A DNA stretch of 64,000 bases from Acidimicrobiia bacterium (GTDB taxonomy: Bacteria; Actinomycetota; Acidimicrobiia; IMCC26256; PALSA-610), in contig JBBREP010000001.1 in assembly GCA_038202885.1 (NCBI GenBank), positions 25,350-89,349 of the forward strand, read 5' to 3'. Within the stretch, counting starts at the first letter, position 1, and each line of letters starts with the position of its first letter. This document shows, piece after piece, positions 37,141 to 46,039 of this stretch. The notes beneath the pieces are model-generated. The model had not been told where the DNA came from. It saw nothing but the letters and a program-made list of their open reading frames with translations, and made no database searches. Position numbers and translations under genes: made by a program.

Positions 37141-37776
37141 TCAGTCCGTGACGGTGTCTGCGGCGGATATCTCATGAGCATCGCAAAGCGCGGTGAGTGT
37201 GTCGCGCGCGAGCAACCGAGCGCTGGCGGGGTCGTAGTCGACCCAGATACCGCCGACATTGCGCAGCACCGTGGCGGTCGCGTGCCCGGCGCGGGCTGTC
37301 GCGGCCCGGGCCAACCCGCCGTGGGTGACCACCAGGAGTAATCCGGGTGCCATGGCAGCGTGGAGGCGAGCGAGCGCGGCATCGAAGCGGGCGAGGAGCG
37401 TGGCCGTGTCCTCGCCCCCGACGGGTGCGTCGATGCGGCCGTGTCGCAACGCCTCGAATTCGTTGGGCCATTCGCGCTCGATCTCGTCGCGGGTACGCCC
37501 TTGCCACTCGCCCCCGTTGCGCTCGCGTAAGCCGGCATCGGTCACGACCGGGCCGAGGTCGAGCGCACTCGCGATGATCTCGGCCGTTGCTCGGGCCCGG
37601 GCCAACGGTGAGGACGCCACGCCCACGAACCCATGGCCAGCCGCGGCGAGCTGACGGGCCCGGCGCTGCGCCTGGTCGATCCCCACAGCACTGAGTTCGA
37701 CGTCCAGCCAGCCCTGCCAGCGGGCCTCGGCGTTCCACGCCGTCTCGCCGTGGCGGAGCAACAGCAGGGGGCGCAT
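37141..37776 (-). CDS. Histidine phosphatase family (phosphoglycerate mutase-like) protein
   Basis: From ATG 37776: MRPLLLLRHGETAWNAEARWQGW...SSPLARA. Confidence 0.8.
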   Translation of the reverse strand: MRPLLLLRHGETAWNAEARWQGWLDVELSAVGIDQAQRRARQLAAAGHGFVGVASSPLARARATAEIIASALDLGPVVTDAGLRERNGGEWQGRTRDEIEREWPNEFEALRHGRIDAPVGGEDTATLLARFDAALARLHAAMAPGLLLVVTHGGLARAATARAGHATATVLRNVGGIWVDYDPASARLLARDTLTALCDAHEISAADTVTD

Positions 37777-37787
37777 CCCTCGCAGTT

Positions 37788-37821
37788 CACCAGGTGCGGG
37801 CCCGAGCCCGGGAACCTGGTG
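37788..37821. promoter_or_regulatory. 8-bp perfect inverted repeat in a divergent promoter region (candidate operator)
   Basis: CACCAGGT-N18-ACCTGGTG lies between the phosphatase (-) and thiolase (+) starts. Confidence 0.3.
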
Positions 37822-37904
37822 CCGGGCAGGGCCCGTGGCGATTTCTTGACCGAGCGGTCTATCCTCGGGTATCTCGCTGTAGAGGCCCACCGAAGGAGCC
37901 CACC

Positions 37905-39068
37905 ATGCCCAGTGCCGTGATCGTCGATGCTGTTCGCACACCGCTCGGACGTCGCAACGGAGGCCTCGCCGGCACCCACCCGGTTGACCTGGCCGCCCAT
38001 GTGCTCAAGTCGCTGGTCGATCGCACCGGTATCGATCCGGCCCTGATCGAAGACGTCATCATGGGCTGTGTCATGCAAGTGGGTGAGCAGGCCGTCAACA
38101 TCGCTCGCAACTCGGCGCTCGCCGCCGGACTGCCCGACACCACACCCGGCACCACCGTCGACCGTCAATGCGGCAGCTCCCAGCAGTCGGCGCATTTCGC
38201 GGCCCAGGGCGTGATTGCAGGCGCGTACGACGTTGTCATCGCCGCCGGCGTCGAGAACATGTCGCGTGTGCCGATGGGCGCGAGCTTCGCCAAAGGTGAA
38301 TACGGCATTCCGTTCAGCGAGTTGCTCACGCAGCACTACCCGAACCTCGTGCCGCAAGGAATCTCGGCCGAGATGATCTCGGAGAAGTGGAGCATCAGCC
38401 GCGAACAGAATGACGCGTTCGCGCTGCAGTCGCATCAGCGTGCTTCTCGCGCGCGTGATGAGGGCCGTTTCGACCGCGAGATCGTGCCCGTCATCGTGCA
38501 TGGCGAACAAGGTGAGCAACTCGTGTCGATCGACGAGGGGATCCGCCCCGACAGCTCGCTTGAGACCTTGGCCCGGCTCAAGCCCGCGTTCAAGCCCGAC
38601 GGTGTGATTACCGCAGGCAACTCCTCGCAGATCACCGACGGCGCGGCCGCGATGCTGATCATGGAGGAGGAGACGGCGAAGCGTCTTGGGCTCACACCGC
38701 GCGCTCGGTTCCACACGTTCGCGCTCGCTGGCGCCGACCCGGTGCTCATGCTCACGGCCCCGATCCCGGCGACGTCGAAAGTGCTCGAGCGTGCGGGAAT
38801 GACCATCGACCAGATGGACATCATCGAGATCAACGAGGCGTTCGCGCCGGTCGTGCTCGCATGGGCCGCCGAGCACAACCCCGACATGGCGAAGGTGAAC
38901 CCCAACGGTGGTGCCATCGCACTCGGTCACCCGCTGGGGTGCTCGGGTGCGCGCCTCATGGCGACGCTCCTGTGCGAGTTGGAACGGACCGGTGGCCGCT
39001 TCGGCCTCCAGACGATGTGCGAAGGCGGCGGTATGGCCAACGCCACCATCATCGAGCGCTTGGGGTAA
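37905..39068 (+). CDS. Acetyl-CoA C-acyltransferase (thiolase)
   Basis: GAAGGAG RBS. MPSAVIVDAVRTPLGRRNG, active-site DRQCGSSQQ, NEAFA, GGAIALGHPLGCSGARL. Confidence 0.9.
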   Translation: MPSAVIVDAVRTPLGRRNGGLAGTHPVDLAAHVLKSLVDRTGIDPALIEDVIMGCVMQVGEQAVNIARNSALAAGLPDTTPGTTVDRQCGSSQQSAHFAAQGVIAGAYDVVIAAGVENMSRVPMGASFAKGEYGIPFSELLTQHYPNLVPQGISAEMISEKWSISREQNDAFALQSHQRASRARDEGRFDREIVPVIVHGEQGEQLVSIDEGIRPDSSLETLARLKPAFKPDGVITAGNSSQITDGAAAMLIMEEETAKRLGLTPRARFHTFALAGADPVLMLTAPIPATSKVLERAGMTIDQMDIIEINEAFAPVVLAWAAEHNPDMAKVNPNGGAIALGHPLGCSGARLMATLLCELERTGGRFGLQTMCEGGGMANATIIERLG

Positions 39069-39075
39069 TTCCGAG

Positions 39076-39333
39076 GTGTTCGTCGTCAAGGTCGTGCTGG
39101 CTGGCATCGTGGTACTGGTGCTGTATCTCGTCGGCGCTGGTTTCGTTCGCAGCTTCGCCGAGGGCCAGCCTGATCCCGCCGACGACGACGTTGCGCTGTC
39201 CGATGTCGACCTGCGGTATCGCTGCATCGTGTGCGGTGCGGAGGTCGTGATGTATGCCGCGCCCGACGGCGAACTGCCGATGCCGCCGCGACATTGTGCC
39301 GAACGCATGGCGCTCATCAGTCCAGTGAGCTGA
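39076..39333 (+). CDS. Small membrane-anchored protein with a CxxC...HC motif
   Basis: From GTG 39076 there is a TM helix (VVKVVLAGIVVLVLYLVGAGFV), an acidic linker and then RYRCIVCGAEVVMYAAPDGELPMPPRHCAERM. No homology was recognised. Confidence 0.4.
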   Translation: MFVVKVVLAGIVVLVLYLVGAGFVRSFAEGQPDPADDDVALSDVDLRYRCIVCGAEVVMYAAPDGELPMPPRHCAERMALISPVS

Positions 39334-39379
39334 CCCAGCTGGCCTGGGGCCCAGTGAGCTGACCCAGCTGGCCTGGGGC
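39322..39379. repeat. Perfect 29-bp tandem duplication
   Basis: CCAGTGAGCTGACCCAGCTGGCCTGGGGC occurs twice. The first unit contains the stop codon of the small ORF. CCAGCGGC-CG-CCAGCGGC follows. Confidence 0.95.
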
Positions 39380-39396
39380 CAGCGGCCGCCAGCGGC

Positions 39397-39437
39397 TTGT
39401 CCACAGGCTGCGATGTTTTCCCCAACCTGTGGACGAC
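39397..39437. promoter_or_regulatory. Inverted pair of DnaA-box-like motifs
   Basis: TTGTCCACAGG (39397-39407) and CCTGTGGACGA (39427-39437) are separated by 19 nt in a convergent intergenic region. Confidence 0.5.
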
Positions 39438-39484
39438 GCTGTGCAAATTACAGGGGTGTCGTTTCCGAAGGAGCCCTCGTCCCG

Positions 39485-39537
39485 CGGTCTGATTGCGCTG
39501 GACGGCGCTACACGCCGCGTGGTGCAGAGGAAAACCG
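39485..39537 (-). repeat. 53-nt conserved element, copy B (25 nt after the crgA stop)
   Basis: The reverse complement is 49/53 identical to 14140-14192. The first 30 nt are identical. Confidence 0.9.
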
Positions 39538-39562
39538 GTTGGGGCGGTTTTGGGGCGCGGGG

Positions 39563-39799
39563 TTAGCGGTAGTTGGCGGCGAGGGTGAAGCCGAAGACGA
39601 CCCAGAACAGGCCGAGGAACAGGTAGCGGTTCTCGGGCTGGGGCCCCGGCAGCAGGTTCAGGTAGTTCAAGACGATCATGAACAGCCCGGTGAGAAACGA
39701 CGTGCCCATCAGCACGGGAATCCAGAAGGGGCTTTCCTTTTCGGCCTTGGGTTTGGGCGGCGTATAGCGGCCGCTTGTCGCTGCTCCCTTGGTCGCCAC
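39563..39799 (-). CDS. crgA: Cell division protein CrgA
   Basis: RYTPPKPK...PFWIPVLMGTSFLTGLFMIVLNYLNLLP...YLFLGLFWVVFGFTLAANYR shows two TM helices. GTG 39799 places YTPP where I recall it in Streptomyces CrgA. The ORF is nominally open to 39877, which would overlap trpG. Confidence 0.75.
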   Translation of the reverse strand: MATKGAATSGRYTPPKPKAEKESPFWIPVLMGTSFLTGLFMIVLNYLNLLPGPQPENRYLFLGLFWVVFGFTLAANYR

Positions 39800-39851
39800 G
39801 CCCGCGAATCTACCCGCGGCGCGTGAGCTCGGCGCGGGTACCGTCCTCGGC

Positions 39852-40448
39852 GTGGTCCGGGTCCTCGTCATCGACAACTACGACAGCTTCGTCTACAACC
39901 TCGTGCAGTACCTCGGTGAGCTCGGCGCCGAACCCGTGGTGTACCGCAACGATGCCCTCGACGTGGCCGGGCTCCGAGCCTGCGCACCCGACGCCGTGCT
40001 CGTGTCGCCGGGGCCAGGACGACCCGAAGACGCCGGTGTGTCGACCGACGCCATTCGCGCGTTCGGCGAAGCGGGTATCCCGGTGCTCGGCGTGTGCCTC
40101 GGCCATCAGTGCATCGGCCAGCTCTACGGCGCCACGGTGACGCGCGCGCTGGCGGTGATGCACGGCAAGACCTCGCAGATCACGCATTCGGGCGAAGGTG
40201 TGTTCTGCGACATCGACAGTCCCTTTACCGCCACGCGCTATCACTCGCTCGTGGTGGATCGCTCGACGGTGCACGCGCCGCTCGAGATCACCGCGGAGTC
40301 CGAAGACGGCCTCGTGATGGGGTTACGCCATCGCGAGCTACCGATCGAAGGCGTGCAGTTTCATCCCGAGTCGATCCTCACCGATGCTGGCCACCACCTG
40401 TTGCGCAATTTCCTCAGCGCTGCGGCAGGCTCACGCGCCCGCGGTTGA
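39852..40448 (+). CDS. trpG: Glutamine amidotransferase, anthranilate/aminodeoxychorismate synthase component II
   Basis: VLVIDNYDSFVYNLVQYL, GVCLGHQ, FHPES. Start at GTG 39852. Confidence 0.85.
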   Translation: MVRVLVIDNYDSFVYNLVQYLGELGAEPVVYRNDALDVAGLRACAPDAVLVSPGPGRPEDAGVSTDAIRAFGEAGIPVLGVCLGHQCIGQLYGATVTRALAVMHGKTSQITHSGEGVFCDIDSPFTATRYHSLVVDRSTVHAPLEITAESEDGLVMGLRHRELPIEGVQFHPESILTDAGHHLLRNFLSAAAGSRARG

Positions 40449-41220
40449 CGCGAGCGAGGCCATCGGTCACGAGTGACGCGACCGCGTCGGCGTCGAGTTC
40501 GGAACATTTCACCGAGGGTTCGGCGCGCAAGCGCGCGAGCACTGCGCCGCGCCGTTCGCGCATCGAACCGCGGTACGGCGGCTGCCGCCGCGGTCGTTCA
40601 CCGTCGAGTTCCCCTTGGGTCGCGCAACGCGGTTGCAATGGGCATGCGGTGCATGCCGGGTCGCGCGGGGTGCACACGAGCGCGCCGAGATCCATCAGCG
40701 CGAGCAATCGGGTGCGACCTTGCAGCGGCGCGGCAATGTCGATGGCCTCGCGCTCAGCGGCGCGATCCGACAGCGTGGTGCCCGCGAGTCGTTGCACCAC
40801 TCGGCGGATGTTGACGTCGACACCGATGGCGTCGGCCGCGTCGTCGGCTTGCGCGGCAAGCGCACCCGCGGTGTAGCGGCCAACACCCGGCAACGTCTGG
40901 TAGTCGTCCGGCCAGCCGCGTTCGTGCACGACGACGGCTGTTTCCCAGAGGCGACGCGCTCGCCGGGGATAGCCCAGCCGACCCCATTTCGCGATGACTG
41001 CACCAGGCCCCGCGGCTGCCGCGGCGCCCACGTTCGCAAACGCGGCCATGAATGTCGGCCACGCGGTCGCGACGCGGGCCACTTGGGTCTGCGCGAGCAT
41101 CACTTCCGACACGAGCACGGCCCAGCGATCGCGCGTCGTGCGCCACGCCAGGTCGTGGCGGCCGTGCGCGGTGTACCAGTCGCCGAGTGGGCAGGTCGAT
41201 CGCGGCGCAGCGGCGCTCAC
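40414..41220 (-). CDS. mutY: A/G-specific adenine glycosylase-like HhH-GPD protein with 4Fe-4S cluster loop
   Basis: VSEVMLAQTQV, KWGRLGYPRRARRL, VDVNIRRV, CTPRDPACTACPLQPRC. GTG 41220 overlaps the pknB stop (GTGA). Confidence 0.65.
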   Translation of the reverse strand: MSAAAPRSTCPLGDWYTAHGRHDLAWRTTRDRWAVLVSEVMLAQTQVARVATAWPTFMAAFANVGAAAAAGPGAVIAKWGRLGYPRRARRLWETAVVVHERGWPDDYQTLPGVGRYTAGALAAQADDAADAIGVDVNIRRVVQRLAGTTLSDRAAEREAIDIAAPLQGRTRLLALMDLGALVCTPRDPACTACPLQPRCATQGELDGERPRRQPPYRGSMRERRGAVLARLRAEPSVKCSELDADAVASLVTDGLARVNRGRVSLPQR

Positions 41221-43148
41221 GTCGTGGTGGTCGTCCCGCCGGTCGTGGTCGGCGTCGTCGTCGTGCTGTTGGGTTGCTTGCCCACGGTGATCTCGACCGT
41301 GCTGTGCGGATCAACGAGCGTGTTAGCCGTTGGGTTCTGCGAGATGACGATCCCGACGTTGTTCGGATCGACGACGCGTTTCACCTTGCACGACAGCCCC
41401 CTGATGGTCAGCGTCGGGCACGCCGAACTCTCGCTCTGGCCGGTCACATCCGGAACGCTGACCTTGGCCGGCCCCATCGACACGATGATCTTGATCGGAG
41501 TCGTTGGGGGCACGCTCGCGTTGGCGGCGGGCTCGGTACGGATGACTTGATGGATCGGCACGGTGTCGCTCGACTCGAGCACCTTGGAGAACGTCTTGAA
41601 TCCCTTTGCCAGCAGGTCGCGCACGGCATCGTCGTAGAGCTTGCCGCTCTCGTCGGGCACCGCGACCGCCTTCGGCCCGTCCGAGATGATGAGTACCACC
41701 GGGGTGTTCGGACCCACGACGGTGTCACGGGGCGGATCGGTGCCCATCACCGCATCCTTGGGCACGTCCGACGTGCCGCCCGCGCGCGTTTGCGGGTCGG
41801 CGGCGAGGCCCTTCTGGGTGAGCAACGCCTGAGCGTCGGCCAGCGACTGACCGGTGAGATCCGGTACCGCGATACCCGAGACCACGAGGGTGACGGTCGA
41901 GCCTTTGTCGACGGGCGTGTGCGCGTCGGGGGATTGCGAGATGACCTGCCCGGGCGGAAAATTGCCGTCGTTGATCTTGTAGGTGACGTCGCCGACCTTG
42001 AAGCCTTTGGCTTGCAACAAGGTGCGGGCGTCTTGTTCGGTCTTGTGGGCGACATCGGGTGGCTTGACCTGCGCCTGACTCGTGCCCGACTGGCGACGCG
42101 TCACCAAGAGGATGATCGCCACCACAAGGGCGAGGGCGAGGACGGTGAGGATCGCGGCAAGCGTGCGTCCGAATGTGCTGCGCGGCGCGACGTACTCGGC
42201 GGTCGGGTGGCGGTCGACCTGCGGCTGCAGCATCGTCGTTTCGCCTGCGGCACCGAACGCTGCCGCGGCGCCCGCCGCGGCAACGGGCGTGACCAGCGCA
42301 GTGATCGGACCGGCGGCGGGCGCGCGGCCGCGCTGCACTCGCAGCAGGTCGTCGCGCAGATCCGCAGCGGTCTGGTAACGCTGATTCGGGTCTTTCGCCA
42401 TCGCCGTCGCAACGACGTGTTCGAGATCGGCACTGATCGCCGGATTACGGCGGCTCGGTTGTACCGGTTCTTCGCGCACGTGCTTGTACGCGACGGCAAC
42501 GGGTGAGTCGCCGCTGAAGGGCGGGACGCCGGTGAGCATCTCGTAGAGCACGACGCCGAGCGAATAAAGGTCGCTGCGCGAATCGACCGGCAGGCCCTGT
42601 GCCTGTTCGGGCGAGAAGTAGGTGGCGGTGCCCATGACCGAACCGGTCTGGGTGAGCGCATCGCTCGTACCCGCGCGCGCGATACCGAAGTCGGCAACCT
42701 TCACCGCACCGGCTGCGGTGACGAGCACGTTGCCGGGCTTGATGTCGCGGTGCACGACGCCATTGCTGTGCGCGTCGTCGAGGGCCAAGGCGATCGCAGC
42801 GGCGATGTTGATCGCCGTCTGGGGGTCGATCGGACCAGTGCTGCGGATCATGTCGCGCAGCGACCGACCCTCGACGTACTCCATCACGATGAAGTACGTG
42901 CCCTTTTCCTGACCCCAGTCGTAGATCGAGACGATGTTGGGATGGTTGAGCGCCGCGGCCGACTGGGCCTCGCGCCGGAAACGCTCCACGAACGAGGGTT
43001 CGCGCGCGTATTCCGGGAAGAGCACCTTCAGCGCGACGCGTCGATCGAGCGACTGGTCGTGCGCGAGGAAGACCTCGGCCATACCGCCGCGCGCGATCGA
43101 CTGCTCGATCACATATCGATTTCCGAAGACTTGACCCACAGCTGACAT
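41217..43148 (-). CDS. pknB: Ser/Thr protein kinase PknB with four PASTA domains
   Basis: GGMAEV, HRDIKPGN, DFGIA, SPEQA, then a TM helix and four repeats of about 65 aa with KGF/KGL motifs. Start is ATG 43148 (alternative GTG 43157). Confidence 0.9.
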   Translation of the reverse strand: MSAVGQVFGNRYVIEQSIARGGMAEVFLAHDQSLDRRVALKVLFPEYAREPSFVERFRREAQSAAALNHPNIVSIYDWGQEKGTYFIVMEYVEGRSLRDMIRSTGPIDPQTAINIAAAIALALDDAHSNGVVHRDIKPGNVLVTAAGAVKVADFGIARAGTSDALTQTGSVMGTATYFSPEQAQGLPVDSRSDLYSLGVVLYEMLTGVPPFSGDSPVAVAYKHVREEPVQPSRRNPAISADLEHVVATAMAKDPNQRYQTAADLRDDLLRVQRGRAPAAGPITALVTPVAAAGAAAAFGAAGETTMLQPQVDRHPTAEYVAPRSTFGRTLAAILTVLALALVVAIILLVTRRQSGTSQAQVKPPDVAHKTEQDARTLLQAKGFKVGDVTYKINDGNFPPGQVISQSPDAHTPVDKGSTVTLVVSGIAVPDLTGQSLADAQALLTQKGLAADPQTRAGGTSDVPKDAVMGTDPPRDTVVGPNTPVVLIISDGPKAVAVPDESGKLYDDAVRDLLAKGFKTFSKVLESSDTVPIHQVIRTEPAANASVPPTTPIKIIVSMGPAKVSVPDVTGQSESSACPTLTIRGLSCKVKRVVDPNNVGIVISQNPTANTLVDPHSTVEITVGKQPNSTTTTPTTTGGTTTTT

Positions 43149-43250
43149 GCCGGGCACGAACCCTACCTTGGACCTTTGGCGCCGAAGTTGCGCTCCACCG
43201 AGCGCGGCACGTTGCTCACGACGATCTCGACCTCGGACGGCCCGGGCGCG

Positions 43251-44717
43251 TTACGCACCGGGCCGCAGCAAGGTTGTGAAGATGTCGCGTGCGATCGGCG
43301 CCGCGATCGCACCACCGGTGACCTCGCTGTTGGCGTTGCCGCCGTGCTCCACGAGCACCGCGATCACGTACTGCGGATCGTTGGCTGGCGCGAACCCCAC
43401 GAACCAGGCGTGCGGTTTCTCGCCGACAACGTTCTCAGCCGTACCGGTCTTCCCGGCCACCGGGATCCCGGCGATCTGCGCCGCGGTGCCGGTGCCATGT
43501 TGGACAACTCCGATCATCATGTCGGTCAACGTTGCGGCAGTCGTCGGGGGCATCACGGTGCGCCACGTGACGGTGTCCGCCCGCTTCGCCACCGTGTGGC
43601 GACTGTCGGAGTTTTCGATCTGTTGCATGACATGGGGCACCAAGATGCGGCCGCCGGTTGCCACGGCCTCGGCGGCGAGCGCCATCTCGAGCGGCGTCGC
43701 GGCGATGTCCTGCTGCCCGATGGCGTCGAGCATGAAGGCCGGCTGGTTGTGCGCGAACGTTCCGTTGTTCGGGTCGGGACCCTTGCTTGCGACCAAACCC
43801 GGGCTGAGGTCGAGTGGTGGTGCGTCGGTGCCGAATCCGAATCGTCGTGCGCCTGACGTGAGGGTGTCGCCGAGCTCGAAACCGATCTTGGCGAAGGTGG
43901 TATTGCACGAGTGCCGGAAGCTGTCGGTGAGGTTGCCGCCGCATAGTTCGCGGCCGAAGTTTGTGAGCTGGCGGTTGTTCGTTTGAGGTAGGGCTATCTC
44001 GCGCAATACCGGGAAGAATGGTTGGAGTGCGGTGACGATTCCGGCGTCGAGTGCAGTCGCGGCCGTCACGATCTTGAAGGTGGAACCCGGCGGGTACAGC
44101 TCGCGATAGGCGCGGGCGAGCATCGGGTTCGTGGCGTTGAGCGTCGACAGCGTGAACGCGCGGCGAGCGTCGGCGGTGGTATGGGTTGCAAGCGAGTTCG
44201 GGTCGAACGTGGGGTTCGAGTACAGCGCCACGACGCCGCCCGTCTTGGCATCGAGTACCACCACTGAGCCGCGCCGTCCTGCTAGCGCGTTCGCCGCCGC
44301 TCCTTGAGCGCGAGAGTCGATCGTGAGTCGCACGTTCTGGGTGGCGTCGGAGTGCAGGATCGAGTCGACGGTGGCGACGTGGTGTCCGAGCAACGTCGAG
44401 TTGTAGTAGCGCTCGACGCCGCTTGAGCCGTAGAGCAACGACTGGAATCCGGTGACCTGCGCGTAGAGCCCCTGTTGCGGGTAGACGCGCAGGTACTTCA
44501 GTTCGTCGCTGACTCGCTTCGAGTAGGCCACGACCATGCCGTCGGCAGTGATGATCTCGCCGCGCGCGTGCACGAAATCGTGCCTGCTCACGCGAAAGTT
44601 TGCGGGATCGGCGTTGAGCGTGTCTGACCGAGCGAGCTGCACGTAGGTGAGCTGGCCGACCAGTGCGAGCATGAGCACCACGAGACCGATGCCGACGCGC
44701 CGAATGGGTCCGTTCAC
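43251..44717 (-). CDS. pbpA: Penicillin-binding protein (class B transpeptidase) PbpA
   Basis: Has STFK, SCN and KTGTA motifs. The GTG start overlaps the rodA stop. Confidence 0.88.
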   Translation of the reverse strand: MNGPIRRVGIGLVVLMLALVGQLTYVQLARSDTLNADPANFRVSRHDFVHARGEIITADGMVVAYSKRVSDELKYLRVYPQQGLYAQVTGFQSLLYGSSGVERYYNSTLLGHHVATVDSILHSDATQNVRLTIDSRAQGAAANALAGRRGSVVVLDAKTGGVVALYSNPTFDPNSLATHTTADARRAFTLSTLNATNPMLARAYRELYPPGSTFKIVTAATALDAGIVTALQPFFPVLREIALPQTNNRQLTNFGRELCGGNLTDSFRHSCNTTFAKIGFELGDTLTSGARRFGFGTDAPPLDLSPGLVASKGPDPNNGTFAHNQPAFMLDAIGQQDIAATPLEMALAAEAVATGGRILVPHVMQQIENSDSRHTVAKRADTVTWRTVMPPTTAATLTDMMIGVVQHGTGTAAQIAGIPVAGKTGTAENVVGEKPHAWFVGFAPANDPQYVIAVLVEHGGNANSEVTGGAIAAPIARDIFTTLLRPGA

Positions 44718-46039
44718 GATCGCGCCATGCGGGCTGTGGATGCGCCGTCGGAGACGCGTGCGAGCAACGCGATCACGATGAAGTTGCCGATGAGCGACGA
44801 ACCGCCATACGACACGAACGGCAACGTGACGCCGGTGAGCGGGATCAAGCGGGTGACGCCTCCGACGATCACAAACGTCTGCACGCCGAGGATCACGGTC
44901 AGTCCGGTCGCGAGCAGTTGCGCGAACGGATCGGGGTGATCGATCGCGGCGCGCAGGCCTGCGCCGATGAGCAGCAGAAACAAGATGACGACGGCAACGG
45001 TGCCAAACAGACCGAGCTCCTCACCGATGGCCGCGAGGATGAAGTCGCTCACGGCCACCGGCACCTTGTCGGGTGCGCCGAGACCGAGGCCCCGGCCCGA
45101 GATACCGCCGGCGCCGAACGCGTACCACGACTGGATGATCTGATACCCGCCGGTCTGGGCTTGCGGCCACGGGTTGAGCCACGTGTCGACGCGCACGCGC
45201 ACGTGCTCGGCGTACTTGTAGGCAAACGTCGCTCCTACGGCGAACAGGACGAAGCTGCCGCCGAGGTACGCGCCGCGATTCGTCGCGACGTAGAGCATCG
45301 ACACGAACACGCTGAACAGCAACAGCGACGACCCGAGATCCTTTTCGGCTACGAGCACGATGATCGACATTGCCCACACCGCGAGCAACGGTCCGAGGTG
45401 CTTCGGATCGGGCACGCGGAACGGGCCGACGCGGCGCGTCCCTTGCGCGAGCAGGTCGCGGTTGTCGACGAGATAGCCGGCAAAGAACACCACGAGGAGC
45501 ACCTTGGCGAGCTCGCCGGGTTGGAACGAGATCGGCCCGAGTCGGGCCCAGATCCGCGCGCCGTTGATGGTCTCGCCAATGGGATGGGGTACGAGCGGCA
45601 GCAGCAACAGCACGGTTCCGGCGAAAGCGCTGGTGTAGCGGTAGCGGATGAGCATGCGCAGATCGCGCACGATGAAGAGCGTGGCGACGAAGATGGCCAC
45701 GCCGAGCGCGGTCCACGTGGATTGCACGCTCGGAAGGTGGTGGATCTTGGGGTTGTCGCGCACGAGACGCGAGATGGCGACGAAGCCGATGCCGTTCAAC
45801 GTGGCGACGATCGGAATGATCGTGCCGTCGGCGTTGGGGGCAAACCGGCGCAGCGCCAGGTGCGCGACGAGGTAAAGACCACCGATTCCGGCCAGCAAAT
45901 ACGGCGTTTCTGGCGGGAGGCTCGGGCCGCTGGCGAGCGCGAGCAGGATGTAGGCGCCGATCACGATCGCGATGGCATGGATGCCGAGGCCGAGTTCGTG
46001 GTTGCGCCGACGCCGTCCGAGCGCGGTGATCGTGCTCAC
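44714..46039 (-). CDS. rodA: SEDS-family peptidoglycan polymerase RodA/FtsW
   Basis: 10-TM FtsW/RodA/SpoVE-like sequence. The GTG start overlaps the pstP stop. Confidence 0.9.
   Translation of the reverse strand: MSTITALGRRRRNHELGLGIHAIAIVIGAYILLALASGPSLPPETPYLLAGIGGLYLVAHLALRRFAPNADGTIIPIVATLNGIGFVAISRLVRDNPKIHHLPSVQSTWTALGVAIFVATLFIVRDLRMLIRYRYTSAFAGTVLLLLPLVPHPIGETINGARIWARLGPISFQPGELAKVLLVVFFAGYLVDNRDLLAQGTRRVGPFRVPDPKHLGPLLAVWAMSIIVLVAEKDLGSSLLLFSVFVSMLYVATNRGAYLGGSFVLFAVGATFAYKYAEHVRVRVDTWLNPWPQAQTGGYQIIQSWYAFGAGGISGRGLGLGAPDKVPVAVSDFILAAIGEELGLFGTVAVVILFLLLIGAGLRAAIDHPDPFAQLLATGLTVILGVQTFVIVGGVTRLIPLTGVTLPFVSYGGSSLIGNFIVIALLARVSDGASTARMARS

Noticed and set aside
39322-39379. Possible CRISPR array
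   Set aside because: There are only two directly abutting identical 29-bp units with no spacers. No cas genes occur in the window.
37542-39446. 634-aa minus-strand ORF
   Set aside because: It is antisense to the thiolase, whose active-site motifs are unambiguous. No domain is recognisable in the antisense frame.
39456-39566. Small protein reading of the 53-nt element on the opposite strand (conserved GLIA.DG.TRRVVQRKT)
   Set aside because: Copy B has a GTG start and 36 codons. The equivalent frame at copy A has no ATG, GTG or TTG within the intergenic region and merges with an antisense-panB frame. A conserved small protein is therefore unlikely.
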